From assembly GCA_965153285.1 (NCBI GenBank), contig OZ229113.1: a stretch of DNA of 64,000 bases. One strand, 5' to 3'. The DNA is from Podarcis tiliguerta (Eukaryota). Below are positions 38,766 to 53,472 of this stretch, piece after piece (the first letter of the stretch is position 1; every line of letters begins with the position of its first letter). The notes under the pieces are model-generated. The model was not told the origin of the DNA and searched no databases. It saw nothing but the letters and a program-made list of their open reading frames with translations. Made by a program: the position numbers and the translations under genes.

Positions 38766-41472
38766 TTTTGGAAGTGTTGAATTTTTTGGCAAATTTTCTA
38801 TGAAAAGTTCAACAACTTTGGTAAAAAAAAAGCTTTATGACTTTTTGTCCAAATTTTCTCTTGTGAAATATGACGAATCTAGTTCTGATCTTGCAAATGA
38901 TTCGGTTCGAATAAGCTCTCTGCTAGATACATGTAAATAAGCTGAACAAGCCTTATTACAGCAACTACTGAACAATACCAACACTATGTATTCTTTAAAA
39001 AGAGTTTACCGTGGTCCTAAACACATCATTCTGCAAAGGATACAAATAATTTTTCCGTTAAAACAGCCCTCACCGTTTTCAGTTATTTCTTAGCATGCAA
39101 GCAAGACTACATGAGATACAAATCAGAGATATAGAATATAATCAAAGTGACATAGATGTGCACATTTTAACACCAAAGCATGCAAGCTACAGAACCTTGT
39201 TTTGATAGGGTAGTTTCCTAGGAGAGTTGCATATAAGACATTAAAGAAAAGAAGGCAAAAGGCTTGCTGAATGTTGTCGTTAACTTCTTTGGAGCTGCTT
39301 CAGATTCTTCCCACCCCCTGCCAGGCCCTCCTGGGCACGCAGAACTATGGCCAAACCAATGATTTGAATACATGTCCCATTACTATCCTTACGGCAGCAT
39401 CAACAATAAAGACTTGCATTTCAAATCCTAATTTCAGTGCATTTTTTATTTCACCCATGGAGATATTCACGTGGAATGAAATATCCATGAGGGTTTTGCG
39501 AGAAAGATTCATAAGCAGGAGACAAAACTCCTGTCCAAGGACGTTTCCCTCAAGGCCTATCATGTATTCTCGTGGAAACAAAGCTTTACAAGAGAGCTTT
39601 GTGACAGTTTCTTGCTTGGGTGGGCAAGACGTTTATGTGTTCCACATTTTGGGAGTGGATCATTATAGCGTGCTTTATGTAGGCCTGGCTTCCAGATGGA
39701 AGCTTTAGACCTGTCTCAGCACTTGTTTTCAGAAGCCTGACAACAGCTTACAGCTTTCTGTGCCCTGTATTGCTTCTTTTCTTCAGTAAGTGTAATTGCA
39801 AGTTTATACTAACAGCACATAAAGCCATGTCTTCTATTGTGTCTCCTACTAAAGCAAAGGCATACAGGTCTGTTTCTCGGAAATTTCTGTCATTGCTGTA
39901 ACTCTAATAGTCATCTCTCAACTAAGATGATGGGCTTTTGATTAAAGGGGAAGTCTGCCATCAATGTGAGCGCCTTCAAACTGGAACCCAATACAAACAT
40001 TTCTGTTGGCTTTTCATTGGCATGAGATTAAAGAAGTATATTTTTTGAATCTGCGGCTATTCAGTCAAGCAAACAAGCAGATGAGAGGAGCCACAGAGAC
40101 AGGATGGGAGATAATACGATAAAACAGATTCATTGTTTAGAATTTCAGAGAATACAGGTACAAGAACAAGCAGGTACCTGATATCCGCTAACAACACAAA
40201 CAGAAAAGTCCTCTTCAAGAGTTCAGTCTGAAGATGCAGAGGCAAAAATTGTAGAAGAAGGTCCTTGGACAGAGGCAGGCCTTGCCCCAACAGCTATGCC
40301 AGCTTCACATGATGGTTTGAAGGGAACTTCTAAGCACATTTGGCTGGATACACTCAGAAGTTTCCTCATGACTGGGAACCCAGCCACTATCAGGCTTCCT
40401 GATTCCAAGAAAGCTTTTACATATGTTCAGCTAAATATGCTCACAAGCCCTTTTCTGACCTTCCCTCTCAGTGCTGGAAGACTAAAGCAGGAGGGTGTAT
40501 GCTCAGTACATGTGGGGAGGTGGGGGGAAGTGCCCCTGCCCCAGTTTTTGTCCTCCACATATTTATGCCAAAAGAGGGCTCTTGTCATTTTGTTCTGAAT
40601 CTAACTGATGATATCATAGGGGAACCTTGGGCCAGTCACCATTTCTCAGCCTAATTTACCTCACAGAGTTGTTGCAAGGATCCAATAGGGAAGGGGAGAA
40701 CCATAGAAGCAACCTTGAGCTTTTTGGATAAAAGACAGGAAATAAATATAACAACAAGAAAAACAGTAATTGTTCCTTATGCCCTTTGAAAGTCCTTCCC
40801 GCTTCTTCCTTGCTGCATTTTATTTGTGGCTTTCAGCCCAGAAATATAACATTCCCTCTAACTAGTCTTAGGTCAAATCTACACATATATGAAAAACATT
40901 GTGAAAATGCTTAAGAAAAAACTTTTTGAAAAATACATTGAATTTGCAGTTCAGTCTGGAAAAGGGTTTCAAGTAAATTATAATGACCATTATTAGCTCT
41001 TCCTGTCAAGTTCTTCATATTTCCATTAAAAAAATTACTTTCTCTTCTGTCTGTTTTTTTTAGCTTTATATAGTAACTATAGGAAAGAATGGGAGAAATT
41101 CAATGTTGCACTAAGTTCTTCAGCAGTTTACCAGTTGTGTTGGTGGAGTGACTTGTGCAAGAAGCCAGCATGGTTCTCGTAGCTGGTTGCACAACAAATT
41201 GCTGTAGCACCAACACTTCCAGTTGCACAACCAGCTTCTTCTAGCACAACTTTTGCACTGGATTTTGTACTGCACAACCTTTATCTCACCCTTATGCCAG
41301 CACAACAGCCCCTTGCATTGGTGGACAGGGAATGCAGAATCCAGGCCAACAATCCTGTTTTCTTCTGGCTAGATAGTTGAACTCTACACACGCACACACA
41401 CAATTCTTGAAGCATTTTCAAAAAGTTATCAGGAAAAGTTCAAGCTTCTTCCAAAAGTTCTCTAAGAATAAA

Positions 41473-41857
41473 GGTAGAGGTAAAAAGGTAAAGGACCCCT
41501 GGATGGTTAAGTCCACTCAAAGGCGACTATGGGGTTGTGGCACTCATCTCGCTTTCAGGCCGAGGGAGCCAGCATTTGTCCACAGCTTCCCAGGTCATGT
41601 GGTTAGCATGACTAAACTGCTTCTGGTGCAACGGGACACCATGACGGAAACCAGAGCGCATGGAAACACCATTTAGCTTCCCGCTGCAGTGGTACCTATT
41701 TATCTACTTGCACTGGTGTGCTTTTGAACTGCTTGGTGGGCAGGAGCTGGGCCAGAGCAACAGGAGCTCACCCTGTCATGGGGATTTGAACCACCAACCT
41801 TCTGATTGGCAAGCCTAAGAGGCTCAGTGCTTTAGACCACAGCACTACCTGCACCCC
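41473..41857 (-). mobile_element. Sauria SINE
   Basis: Same body and tail; TSD TCTAAGAATAAA at 41461-41472 and 41861-41872. Confidence 0.9.
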
Positions 41858-44800
41858 TCTTCTAAGAATAAACATCTGCCTCCTTCCAAACACTTCCCTG
41901 CCAACACTTTTGTTCCCACTGTTCTTTACAGCTGGTTTCCCTCCATGTGAGGCTCAAACGATAGTTGGAGAAGGATACAAAATGGCAGCTGTCCCTTCTA
42001 AAATAGCAGCTTTAAAAGGGAGGAAAGAATGGATGGCATACCCAGGAGGAGTTTGAAGCACAACACATCTCCTTATAAGCCATGATCATGGAAACCTGGG
42101 GGGAAGGAATGGCAGCTCTGAAAGCAAAGGGAAGTGTAATAGCAGAAAAGCTGGATGGAGCCACTGAAACTGCTTCTGTAACCATGGATTTAGGTTTGCG
42201 GCCAGAACAAAAAAATAAAAGGCTGCTTCAGGAAAATAAAGGCATTAAGTCTAAGCCTGAGGAAGTTCAAAACATTTAACAAAATGTTAATTTACATGTG
42301 TGCAGGTTTAAAGAAGGGGCAGAATGAGATAATATTACAGAATTTCCCTGGAATTGTCCCCAGAAGATACGAAGAGAGTACACAGAGCACTGTCAGTTTA
42401 CCTATGTGAAGCAGGCCCCCCACAAACAATATTGTTATGTGCTTCCACAGTTTTAAAAAGAAAGACAAGATCTGTACAGTTTTGAGAAATGTTGAAGGAA
42501 TAATACACAGCAATAATCCAGTCATGATCCTGCAGGATTTATTCTCAGATACTTTGAAAAAACGAAGCACAGAGTTGCGCTCCACAACACTCGATAACTG
42601 CAAGATGCATGAATAAGATACTATTGGGCTTTTCGCTTTTGTTAGCCCCTAAATGAAACACCAAACTCTCAACCACCAACCACAAGGAAGCCACAGAGCT
42701 ATTAACAACGCTAGAACTGGACTCTCCCACTTGAGGTTATTGATTTGTTGCAGTAGCAGGATAGTGAACCAATTCGTAAAAATGACCTCGTTCAAGAGCC
42801 CGGGTGGGAGAGCTGCAGCAAAGCCAAAAAACCATCAAAGAGAAGACCGGGACAAGGAAGAGGTGGCACTGCACATATTTCAGAAAGGTTACAAATGTCT
42901 AGAAAATAAGGCAAAACTATTGCAAGGCAAAAATGCAGTTTCAATGAGGGGGAAACGTTTTTATAGAAGCAAAGCAATCAGATTGGAATGATCTGAAAAC
43001 ATAAACATCTTAAAAGTACCAGGGTGTTGGGACATGAGATTTAAAAGAAAATGCAGGCTTAAAACATCCTATCATTTACCTGATTAAAATGTTTGTTTTT
43101 TTATGCTTGTGGTTTATTCTATACCCTTAGTGGTACTTGAGAACGTTGGGAATTTTATGCAGCCAATGCTGCTAGTGTGATTCGTATAAATCACATGAGA
43201 TGTCTGAGAAGAGAACAAAAAAAGACTCAATGTGTTCATGGAGGATACCCAGGTTCCTATGAATTCCATAGGCGGATGGCAGAATGTTCTGACTGAATAC
43301 TGAAAGACAGTGGCCAAGATTCAAAGAGGCCCACACGCATGCAGAAGGCACTTCCGTGCATATATGGACAGCCAGTTCTCCTTTCTGGCTACAGCAGGCA
43401 TGGGTTCTTAGATGTAATATGTTGGAAATACTGCCCTTTATGTAAAACTGCACTTCTATATCCAAAACAAATGCTATGAAGGGATGTGCGAGAATTTCCA
43501 TGCTGACATGGCAGTGTTAATGTGCTCAACCTATCGTAAGCATACAGTCACATTTTGAATTCTTAGGCTGCTGTGGTTCAAAAACATTTCAGTACATAGT
43601 ATACAAGAGCTGATTCTCAAATTGGTTCTTGATACCTCAAAAACCCAACCCTATTCTTGCCTGCTGTCTGAGAAGAGAGTGGGAACGGAAGACTGTCTTA
43701 TCTCTTCCGTCTGAGCATGTTATTGTACTGTACTTTCACTTTTGCAGGACGCAACAGTTGTTCTGCCAGAGCTTGGAGAACAGAGACGTGATTATGGATT
43801 GTCTGTATAGAATGTAAATAAAATGTAGTTTAGATCTACGGATGTTTCTTTCTTCTTGCTGTATGATGCTAGAAGACTTGTGTACACTTTTTTGTATGAA
43901 AAGTGTTGCAGAAAGGCACTCTGGAGATGAAGGGACATGCCATTCCAGAGACATGCCCACCAGGAGACGCTCAGAGGTCCTGGGGGTCGCCGTCTCCCCA
44001 AGAGCGTTTTTCCAACAGAGAGCCCTCTAACATTGAAAGAGGACCCACACCATGCTCTATGTTTTAAAGGTTTTTAAGGTAATAATTCAAATGTTTTCTG
44101 AATATTTCTCAGGGCAACCATGTTGAACAGTTCAAAGACGAAAAGGAGTAAAAACTATGTTAGAAATAAAGAGAGAAAGATATAAGGGCGAATTTCATTC
44201 TTGAGCTGAACACCAACCCAAAGTTGGTGCACTAACTTAATTAAGACCTACTTAACCTTTCAAACTCTGATCTAATAGAGGACTTAGCACACACACCCTT
44301 GTCCTAAGCCTCCTGCCTGTAGGTAGGTCAATATCAACTGAAAAGTTAGGTTAATCACCTAGTATCACTACACTTAAGGCTGATTAGTGTACTAAGAAAG
44401 CAACAGATTTTTTAATTGATTCACAAAATACTGTTGTCCGATTTAGAAGGCCTTTATAAGCAATGGCAGATCTAACATTTATTTATTTGAAAGATTTCCA
44501 TATAGGAAAACGTCCTCTGGATGGCTTACAAACTTTTTTAAAGAAAACAATTTAAACCCAGATTTCAACACTACTTATTCCTTCTGGCTGATGTAGCAAC
44601 ATGTGTTTCTGCTTCAAAATTGTTTCTTCATCCAGAAAATTTATCCAGATTATGTACACTTTCGAATGAGAATTTTATAGCACAATATTTATTTAAAAAA
44701 TGCCCTACTAGAGATTTTCGGTACTCAATCAAGAGTATAGAAAACTGAAAAACTTTACAGTAACAACTTTACCACAGCAAGTGTAGAATTATCACACTGT

Positions 44801-45281
44801 CAAAAGAGCGGCACACATTAGCAAATTCATCTTTGAGTGAGGTGAATGCAATATCATTAACACTATGTGCAAAATGTGATTTAGGAGCTAAGTCAATTGT
44901 CTGGGCAGGGGGGCTCCTTTGTCTGGATTAGACATTTGCTCAGTAGACCAAAGAACTGCAGTGAAATTCTCATTCTGACATTGCTTTGCTGGCATGACCT
45001 TGAAGGAAAGTCAATTAACCTCTTTCTGCTCCAAATATCTTGTTTGTACAAAATCATAATCATATTTACCTGCTTCTATTGAGCTGCTGGAGAGCCTCAC
45101 TCAATAACTGCAGAATACCTATTGGGCCAGTGAAGGAGCTGAAGATTGCTACAGCAGACTGAAAGATAATCTTGTTGGAATTTCACCAGACTGGCAAAAA
45201 AGTATGGCCAAATATTATACGTAGAGGAGACCAGCCCAACTTCTGTTGGTGTATGGCAGGGATAGAAAACTAGATCCTTAT

Positions 45282-45518
45282 TAGGGCTGGGCAATATATT
45301 GCTAGATCGCCCAAAACCGGTTTGAAGTCCATGTTGTGATAATCAGTTTCATAATTTTTGACTTGGCAATCTATGCAAAAATCACAATGTGGGGGCAAAT
45401 GTGAAGCCAGCCTCTACGTAGCTCCATCCTTACTTCAGACATCCTGATACATCGGTGTATTGCAATGTTTAGCAGATGATTTATCACAATGTTGAAAACC
45501 AGATGTTGCCCAGCCCTA
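45282..45518. mobile_element. MITE with TAGGGCTGGGCAA termini
   Basis: 13-bp perfect TIR TAGGGCTGGGCAA / TTGCCCAGCCCTA; TSD not clear. Confidence 0.65.
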
Positions 45519-45951
45519 AATCTACCCCAACTCTTGTGGACAAAGTTAGACAGGTGTGCATGGCTGACCACTTGTCAGTCACTTGACATCACAATGACAT
45601 CAGACCACCAGTTTAGGCCCATGCTGCTGGTCCCACATTTGATGTCATATGTGACAGGATGTGTAGGGCAGGTGGGTATGGCTGGGCCAAAAGGGTCTTG
45701 CAGGCCAAATGGGGATGACTTATGGGCATAATTAGGCCCATGGTGCAGAGGTTCCCCACTTCTGCTGTAGTGAGTATACAAACTTGCAAGTTGCGTATAA
45801 TTCCTCATGGGGATGAATAGGAAGACAGCTAAATCTGGAATGAGTCTTCAAAATCTTTGGTAGGCAATGTGCAAAGATGATGAAGATGAACCATGAAGAG
45901 ATACCATCTTCTTTCTTTTTGCATTGCTTGCTTGCTAACATCAACTTAGTA

Positions 45952-46358
45952 AAAAAGAAAAGAGAAAGAAAAGTAAAGGTAAAGGACCCCTGGATGGTTA
46001 AGTCCAGTCAAAGGCAACTATGGAGTGTGGCGCTCATCTTGCTTCAGGCTGAGGGAGCCGGCGTTTGTCCACAGACAGCTTTCTGGGTCATGTGGCCAGC
46101 ATGACTAAACCGCTTCTGGCTCAACAGAACGGAAACAGTGACGGAAACCAGAGCACACGGAAATGCTGTTTACCTTCCCGCCACAGTGGTACCAATATAT
46201 CTCCTTGCACTGGCATGCTTTTGAACTGATAGGTGGGCAGAAGCTGGGATAGAGAAACAGGAGCTCACTTGGTCGCGGGGATTCAAACCACCGACTTCTA
46301 ATCAGCAAGCCCAAGAGGCTCAGTGGTTTAGACCACAGTGCCACCCGCATCCTGTTCT
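45952..46358 (-). mobile_element. Sauria SINE
   Basis: Same body with an extended tail; TSD TCAACTTAGTA at 45941-45951 and 46360-46370. Confidence 0.88.
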
Positions 46359-48204
46359 ATCAACTTAGTAGTATCTGCTTGTCCTTGTACTGCTTGTCTG
46401 CTATCTAGGACAGATGTGTGACTTCAGGGACAGGTATCCTCAAAAGAGGCGGGTGGTAGTGTTTGTTTCCCTATCCCTGCCCCAGACATTCTAATATGAA
46501 AGGCAACATTTGTGGCTATCAAGAGTACACTTTCTAAAGAATACTATGTTCATGGTGACCCACTGGTCTGATGCTGTACACCAATGTCTTCCTTACATAC
46601 TTTGGGTTATATGCAATGTTGTTCCTCTTCAGAGCAGACCCATTGAAACTGATGAATATAAATAATTTAGGGTTCTTAATTTCAATAGGTCTACTCCGAG
46701 TAAAATCGGGATAGATACAACCCATTACCTTGCATTGTCCTCCTGCTGTTTGCCTGCCAATGGACTTTCTAGACTCCATCTCCCCACAAACTACTCTGCT
46801 GTTTAACTGTAAACCTGACTTCTACAACATGTCCCTCTGGCGTGCACACACACATATGGTAAAAAGACTTTCACTAGGAAAGTCATTGTAAAGAAAATGA
46901 AGGTGGGGGAGAAAAAGGGCCCTGAAAGCCTCTGTTTTAGCAAGCTCAGATAAAATATTTTATATGAGAGCATGATACTCTTGAATTGGCTAATTAAATC
47001 CAAGTGTATCATGCTGTGGTTGTTTTTGTTTTCAAGCTGCCTGATTAACAAAGCAAAGGTTAAACATTTGCCGGTCCCTTCACGTTAGCATGCAGACATC
47101 CCATTTCTGCTGTTGCACTTTATATTTGATCAACCCAGAAATCTGCAAGGCAGTGGGAGTTTCTGTCACCTGCATTTTTAAGAGCCAAGGTCGCCCAAAG
47201 GAAAACAGTCCTACATACAAAGTTGCTCAGTCAGAGCCTAGACGTGTTGAATTTTTTGAATTTCTTTTTTGAAAGATGGCCTGCACTGGTTGAAAAGGAA
47301 ACAAATTATACAGCTAAGGCTGAATTCATCAGCAGCTCAGATTTGGAGGATCACTGAGCACATGAGTAATTTTATTGTCACCTTTGATTTTGTTTGACAA
47401 ACTGAAAGCTCCTTATGAGCTCTAACCCACACCATTTGATGCTTTCAAAACACCATCCTGCATCCGAATAGGTTCTAAGAAACAGCACTTAGAGTTTATA
47501 TTGGCTTTCTAAAACTCTTTACTGCAGGGCTATCCAAGGGCACCTCCAGACTGTTAGTGTTTTGTGGAAGGGATTCAAGTGCATGCTGGGAAATTTAGGT
47601 TTATGCAATTAAGGTGGCTCCAAGTGCTGTGTCTCCCTAGTGCAACAAACCCACTATGTATTAAAAAAAGAGGACTTGTGGGGGTTAAAGAAAGAGATGG
47701 TGAAACACACTGGAAAGTGTGGCATGAATGAATGACTAACGAAAGCTGTATAAACACTACACAAGCCAATCAGAATAGATGTCTGATGTAGGTCCACTAC
47801 TGTATAAGCTCTCTGAACATAAGTCAAAACAGATGCTCAATAAATGCTGGATATAATCAAACCTTCCTGTATGCTATGTCCAAATACATTAGGATGAAAG
47901 TTCAATAAATAGTACATCTGGAGGACCCCCAAGTATGAGATAGTCTACCAAAAGAATAAGGCTGCTGCACTGGAGTGGAGCCTCTGGCTTTCAAAAGCAT
48001 AGCCATACCCTGCAAGTGTCCCCATATTCCAGAGACATCCCCAGAATGATGAAAGCCATCCCAGCTTTTGTGTTGATCCCGGAATGTCCCTATTTCCCCA
48101 CTAGGGCCACTGCCACCGAGTTTGGGGAGGAGGATGAGTTGGCCTGCTTGCTGTGCTGTGTCCCACTGGTGAAGTGGGGAGAGGGGATGGGGGTTTCAGT
48201 TGGT

Positions 48205-48591
48205 AAAAAGGTAAAGGTAAAGGTACCCCTGCCCGTACGGGCCAGTCGTGTCCGACTCTAGGGTTGTGCGCCCATCTCACTTAAGAGGCCGGGGGCCAGC
48301 ACTGTCCGGAGACACTTCCGGGTCACGTGGTCAGCGTGACGAAGCTGCTCTGGTGAGCCAGACCAGCGCAGCACACGGAAATGCTGTTTACCTTCCCGCT
48401 ATAAAGCGGTACCTATTTATCTACTTGCTCTTAGAGGTGCTTTCGAACTGCTAGGTGGGCAGGAGCTGGGACCGAAAGACGGGAGCTCACCCCGCCATGG
48501 GGATTCGAACTGCTGACCATACGATCGGCAAGTCCTAGGCACTGAGGTTTTACCCACAGCGCCACCCACGTCCCTGCGCCACCCACGTCCC
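48205..48591 (-). mobile_element. Sauria SINE with duplicated 5' terminus
   Basis: TSD TTCAGTTGGT at 48195-48204 and 48592-48601; tandem GCGCCACCCACGTCCCT at the head end. Confidence 0.9.
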
Positions 48592-49074
48592 TTCAGTTGG
48601 TGGAAAGTCCTTTCAGTTAGTGGAAAGTGATAAATGTTCCTATTTTCCTCTGAGGAGTGTTGGAGTGTATGCACAGCTGCTCCACTGTTGTAAAAGTACA
48701 CGTTGAACTGTTCCTCTGATTTCTCTCTGTGGCAGCCAAGCTAGGAGCCGAGGCCCCTTCACCCCCAAAAAATAGATATTTGAGGGGGCATCCCTTCAAG
48801 TTGATGGGGATTGCCATTCAAATGATGTGCGTACGGCACACCTTGTGATTGATTATATGGGGCAGGGCTTACCAGCCCCCACAATATTTTATTCAAGTTT
48901 TCACCCCTGCAACCAAGACAGAGGGTTGCTGAAGAAGGGAGGCAATAGATCCCAAGTCTTGCTTTTTGAGCCCCAGGGCCCTCTAGAAGTATTTAGTGGC
49001 CTGCTGAAATCTAAACGTAAACAGGTGATATTTGTGCAGTGGACTTTTCTGTAGTTAGCTTTTAAAGGAAGGAG

Positions 49075-49461
49075 CCCTTGCCGCAGTTGCTACCTTGGAT
49101 CAAATCTATGCTTCCAGGTGCCATGAGAAAGCAGCAGAGATAGCACAGGATAGTACGCACCCCGGAAATGATCTCTTTCAGCTTCTGCCTTCTGGAAGAA
49201 GGTACAGGGTTATAAAGACTAGGACTAGCCGCCTGAGAAACAGTTTCTATCCAAATGCAATTTTGGTTTTAAACGCAGTGTAAGGAGTCTCTATGGGAGT
49301 ATATTGTATTTAAAAATGGGGTATCAGAGTTTTTAAGGGGCTAACCAGGTTGGGGTAGCTGGGATAGCAGGCTTGTTGGGTTTAGAATGTTTTATGTCGA
49401 TTTTTCGATTTCGTTGTTCTGTATGGGACAATGACAATAAAGATTATCCTATCGTATCGTA
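49075..49461 (+). mobile_element. Rex1/Babar-like LINE 3' end
   Basis: ORF 49095-49283 encodes DSTHPGNDLFQLLPSGRRYRVIKTRTSRLRNSFYPNAI, the Rex1-type C-terminal motif, followed by AATAAA and a (TATCG)n tail. Confidence 0.75.
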
Positions 49462-50765
49462 AAAGGGCTGTGATTGTGTTCACACTGCCACCTTTCTGCA
49501 TAAAGTACGCCAAGCAGACAGTGGCCGCTGTTGCCTCAAAGTACTTTGCCAAGTTGGCTGCCAATCTGAATGGGGGGCTGCCATTTGCAATTGATGAGAA
49601 GGACATGCCTTTATACTGCAATGTGGAAAGCATAATCAAAAGCAGCCCTTTGTGATGGCCAAAAATCAGTATGTGCTTGGGTAGTTTGCCAAATAATGAT
49701 CAGTTAAAAGCAGCCTTGTATTTTACCTGGTGGCAGTGAAGTTCTAAAGGGGAAGACCTGGGAAGCATCATGGCACAGGACCCAGGGAATATGGGGTGCT
49801 ATGGCATTAGTTTTTCCTGCTCTTATCCTTATCTGGCCATTTTGCTCTCTCTCACTGTTCTTTCTCCCTGCTTTAGCAAGCAAACCTCTCGTTTTACTGT
49901 TCAACTGGCAGGAAGTGAGGGTTGGTGTAAAGTCTAGCGGAGGAGCAGGTCAGGATAATCTTCAGATATGACACCTTCTATTGCTGCTATGGAATTGCTC
50001 AAGGGCTATGCATTTTCTTCCCATTGTCTCTCCTCTCTCTCTCTCTCTCTCTCTCATTTTATTTGTCTGTGGTATCATTCTGGATGCTGTCAAATGAGAA
50101 CGTATAGACCATATGCCCAAAATATTGTGCTCTGGAACATAATGCAGCTTAGATTCTCCTTAATCCCAGTCCTCTCTTTCTGGACCTGTGCATACCATAT
50201 TGGATGGAAAAGGCGCATTATGGTTCTCCGCAGAGATAATTCTTTGAATGTTTTGTGTCTCTGCTGGAAAAACTATACAGAGCATTCCATAATAGTGCAC
50301 ATGTAAATACTAACACAATTTGAGACTTAATGGAATGATCATTTCCACATAAATATAAAATCCCCAGGCACCTGCCGCACAGTGACTAGCTGCTCTGCTT
50401 GCTGCTCCTAATGAATAACTGTGCCACATGGCTGTTCTCTCATTTACGAAATAAAATGCATCCCAGGTCCCCTTTCTCACAGTCGTAACATGCAGTGAGT
50501 CGCAAGCCGAAGCACAGATATCGTGGCAATGTGTGGCACACTTACCAAAGGCAAGCATATTAACCTATTTTTATAGCACCTACAAAAATTTCCAAATGAT
50601 GGTGGCTATTTTTTAAATAATTATTTTTATTCACTTTTAGTGGCTATGACCCTCAGCCAACTTTGCTTGTGGCTCACAGCACAACTACTGTTGACTGTGA
50701 TCACTTTCGGTAAGATAAATTCGCCCCCCCCCCCCCCGATTGCAAATGCCAAAGTTATCACAGTA

Positions 50766-50991
50766 CAGTGGTGCCTTGGGTTACATACGCTTCAGGTTAC
50801 AGACTCCGCTAACCCAGAAATAGTGCTTCAGGTTAAGAACTTTGCTTCAGGATGAGAACAGAAATTAGGTTCCGGTGGCACAGCGGCAGCAGGAGGCCAC
50901 ATTAGCTAAAGAGGTGCTTCAGGTTAAGAACAGTTTCAGGTTAAGAACGGACTTCCGGAATGAATTAAGTACTTAACCCGAGGTACCACTG
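50766..50991. mobile_element. Tc1/mariner MITE
   Basis: Same TIRs and body as the copy at 35186. Confidence 0.88.
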
Positions 50992-51344
50992 TCTATAAAG
51001 CGAATGTGGTTTGCCATTGGAATGATTGCCTCTGGGGATTATCGGGAGTTAACTATGGTAGCTGGTCTGAGCCAGAAAAAAGTCCTTGCTAGTTCCAGTG
51101 CTTTTTTCCCCCTCGGGGTACTCAAGAGTACCATCACCTTTTTAAAAAAAGTGTTTAAAATGTGGAATAACTTCATGGTGAGTACTAGCCCCCTTTTTTC
51201 TTAAAAAAAAACCCCAGCACTGACTAGATCAAATGTACAATGGTAAAGAACAGATGTAGGAAACCAAAGACAATGGCAGATCCTTCACATTTAGCTAAGT
51301 TACCCTCATGGTGCACAAAAACCCCATTAAAATAGGCTCCCTTG

Positions 51345-51835
<491 letters not shown>

Positions 51836-52788
51836 TCATGCAGGAGGATCGCCAGGGCCATGTCACCCAACCTCACTCACTGCCATGTAGGCTGTCCCAC
51901 CCATCACTGCCATGCTCCTCCGATGTCCATTCGTTCATTTGTATGTGGGGAGACCTCCATCTGGTGACCGTTCCAATGTGCAGAAGTCAGGGGAGCATGA
52001 TGTGCTGGCATGGGGCAGCACTAGACCGCATGGCCCCTTGACTGCCTCCAATCATTCTTTCGACACATGGGTTGTATGAACCCCTTACAAATGTTGTGTG
52101 TGGTGAAAGCTGGTGAAAGCACAGCCATATTTTCCACACCTTCTCATGGGAATCAAATGATTTCTAAGTCACATACAGAAGCTTTCATAATGTATTGATG
52201 ATGCAATAATTGTTTCCTTACCACCTTAAATTTTAACCAGTTTCTTAAAAACTTGGGGAAATAAAGTGTGGATAGCTCATTCTCTCCCCCACCCCCCAAC
52301 ACTTTTGCTAAAGGCTTTTCTTTTGGCAAAGCAGCTGTTCTGCTAATCCGTAAGACTCCCTCCATATTTATAGTGGCTGCACCATTTCCAAGTACAGTAG
52401 AGGTAATGTTGATAATGACAACGTCAAATGAACACTTGAAGGTATGGAATTGTGAATGCCATTCAAATGCTGCTAAGAGACTTTCAAAATCATAGCTGGG
52501 AAGCTATCAGGTAATGGGACTCTGAGAGACAGCCATGCTAGTGGAAGTCCATGATAACTAGAGAAATATACCCTAAGGAGGATTTCCTAGTGCCGCGTGG
52601 GGTGTTGCAATAAAATTTCAAGCCGAATCAGTGTTGGTTGATCAGAAACTCTGGTGGTACTTTAACTAATGGGGAGCAAACCAAAAAAGCCAACAAGTTT
52701 AATGTCTCACTGTAACACTAAAACTATTCTCTCTGTTGTTCCCTGTGCTGGTCTAAACTGCACCATAATGACAGCATCTGAACTATAG

Positions 52789-53149
52789 GTAAAGGTAAAG
52801 GTACCCCTGCCCGTATGGGCCAGTCTTGGCAGACTCTAGGGTTGTGCGCTCATCTCACTCTAGAGGCCGGGAGCCAGCGCTGTCTGCAGACACTTCCGGG
52901 TCACGTGGCCAGCGTGACATCGCTGCTCTGGCGAGCCAGAGCCGCACATGGAAACGCCGTTTACCTTCCCACTATAAAGCGGTACCTATTTATCTACTTG
53001 CACTTAAGGGTGCTTTTGAACTGCTAGGTGGGCAGGAGCTGGGACCGAACGGCAGGAGCTCACCCCGCCGCGGGGATTCGAACCGCCGACCATGCGATCG
53101 GCAAGTCCTAGGCACTGAGGTTTTACCCACAGTGCCACCCACGTCCCTT
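52789..53149 (-). mobile_element. Sauria SINE
   Basis: TSD ATCTGAACTATAG at 52776-52788 and 53150-53162. Confidence 0.92.
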
Positions 53150-53348
53150 ATCTGAACTATAGTCTCGGGTTATTTCCCCCAAAATCTATTATTTGAAGAA
53201 TTGACTTTCTGATCCAGGCCTGGTTAACAGCTATCCACTACAATCAAAAGAACACATTCTTGTGGGGCCTATATTAATTAGGTCCCATCATCTCATGGTA
53301 GTTCCAAAACAATCAATCGGTTTTCAAGTTGACTGTGAGTCTGTAAAG

Positions 53349-53472
53349 CAGGCATAGGCAAACTCTGGCTGTCCAGATGTTTGGGACTACAATTCCCATC
53401 ATCCCTAGCTAACATGACCAGTGGCCAGGGATGATGGGAAACATCTGGAGGGCCGGAGTTTGCCTATGCCTG
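53349..53472. mobile_element. Palindromic hAT-type MITE
   Basis: TIR CAGGCATAGGCAAACTC; perfect 8-bp TSD CTGTAAAG. Confidence 0.9.

Noticed and set aside
41931-42991. Plus-strand acceptor-led frames and ORFs at 42082 and 42653 as further nested exons
   Set aside because: No recognisable homology and no clean acceptor-donor pair with a sustained frame; indistinguishable from chance.
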